Of a stretch of DNA of 64,000 bases, positions 64,000 through 64,000 are shown piece after piece. This stretch comes from a virus. A model generated the notes under the pieces. It saw nothing but the letters and a program-made list of their open reading frames with translations. It searched no databases and had not been told where the DNA came from. Made by a program: the position numbers and the translations under genes. Where the stretch lies: IMG/VR virus record IMGVR_UViG_3300037240_000024, positions 152 through 64,151 of that record. One strand, written 5' to 3'. Each line of letters begins with the position of its first letter. Positions within the stretch are counted from its first letter, which is position 1.

Positions 64000-64000
64000 T

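Overview
The window is a lytic/temperate-type dsDNA tailed phage genome, close to or fully complete and circularly permuted. Its architecture is podovirus-like, and from memory it resembles the Bcep22-like family. The host is probably an alphaproteobacterium, judged from GapR/DUF2312-like, GcrA-like and CtrA-type wHTH genes. Layout: terminase large subunit at the right end; a portal gene in opposite orientation (1207-2979); a head/tail/ejection-protein operon (3.1-21 kb); a receptor-binding/fibre cluster (21-30 kb); lysis and accessory genes (30-34 kb); a leftward accessory block (34-37 kb); a replication block (RusA, SNF2 helicase, HNH, DUF2800 nuclease, DUF2815 SSB, PolA, primase-helicase; 37-51.5 kb); a probable iteron origin; a leftward early operon of small genes separated by repeated hairpin elements (52-56.5 kb); and a control region with a hammerhead ribozyme and a small serine recombinase (56.5-59.4 kb). 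No integrase, tRNA, CRISPR array or reverse transcriptase was seen. The most striking observations are: (1) all five large tail-spike/fibre-like or KTSC genes at 21.8-30.3 kb begin with Sec-type signal peptides and have even Cys counts, while tail-spike-anchor-like domains sit in separate small genes without signal peptides; (2) a canonical type I hammerhead ribozyme at 57859-57916; (3) 84-bp hairpin repeats that exactly fill intergenic spaces in the early operon; (4) a 13 x 11-aa repeat protein with three binary variable positions; (5) a cluster of host cell-cycle regulator homologues; (6) a 13-bp palindromic operator found at eight sites. All family assignments come from motif recognition only. 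No database searches were run.
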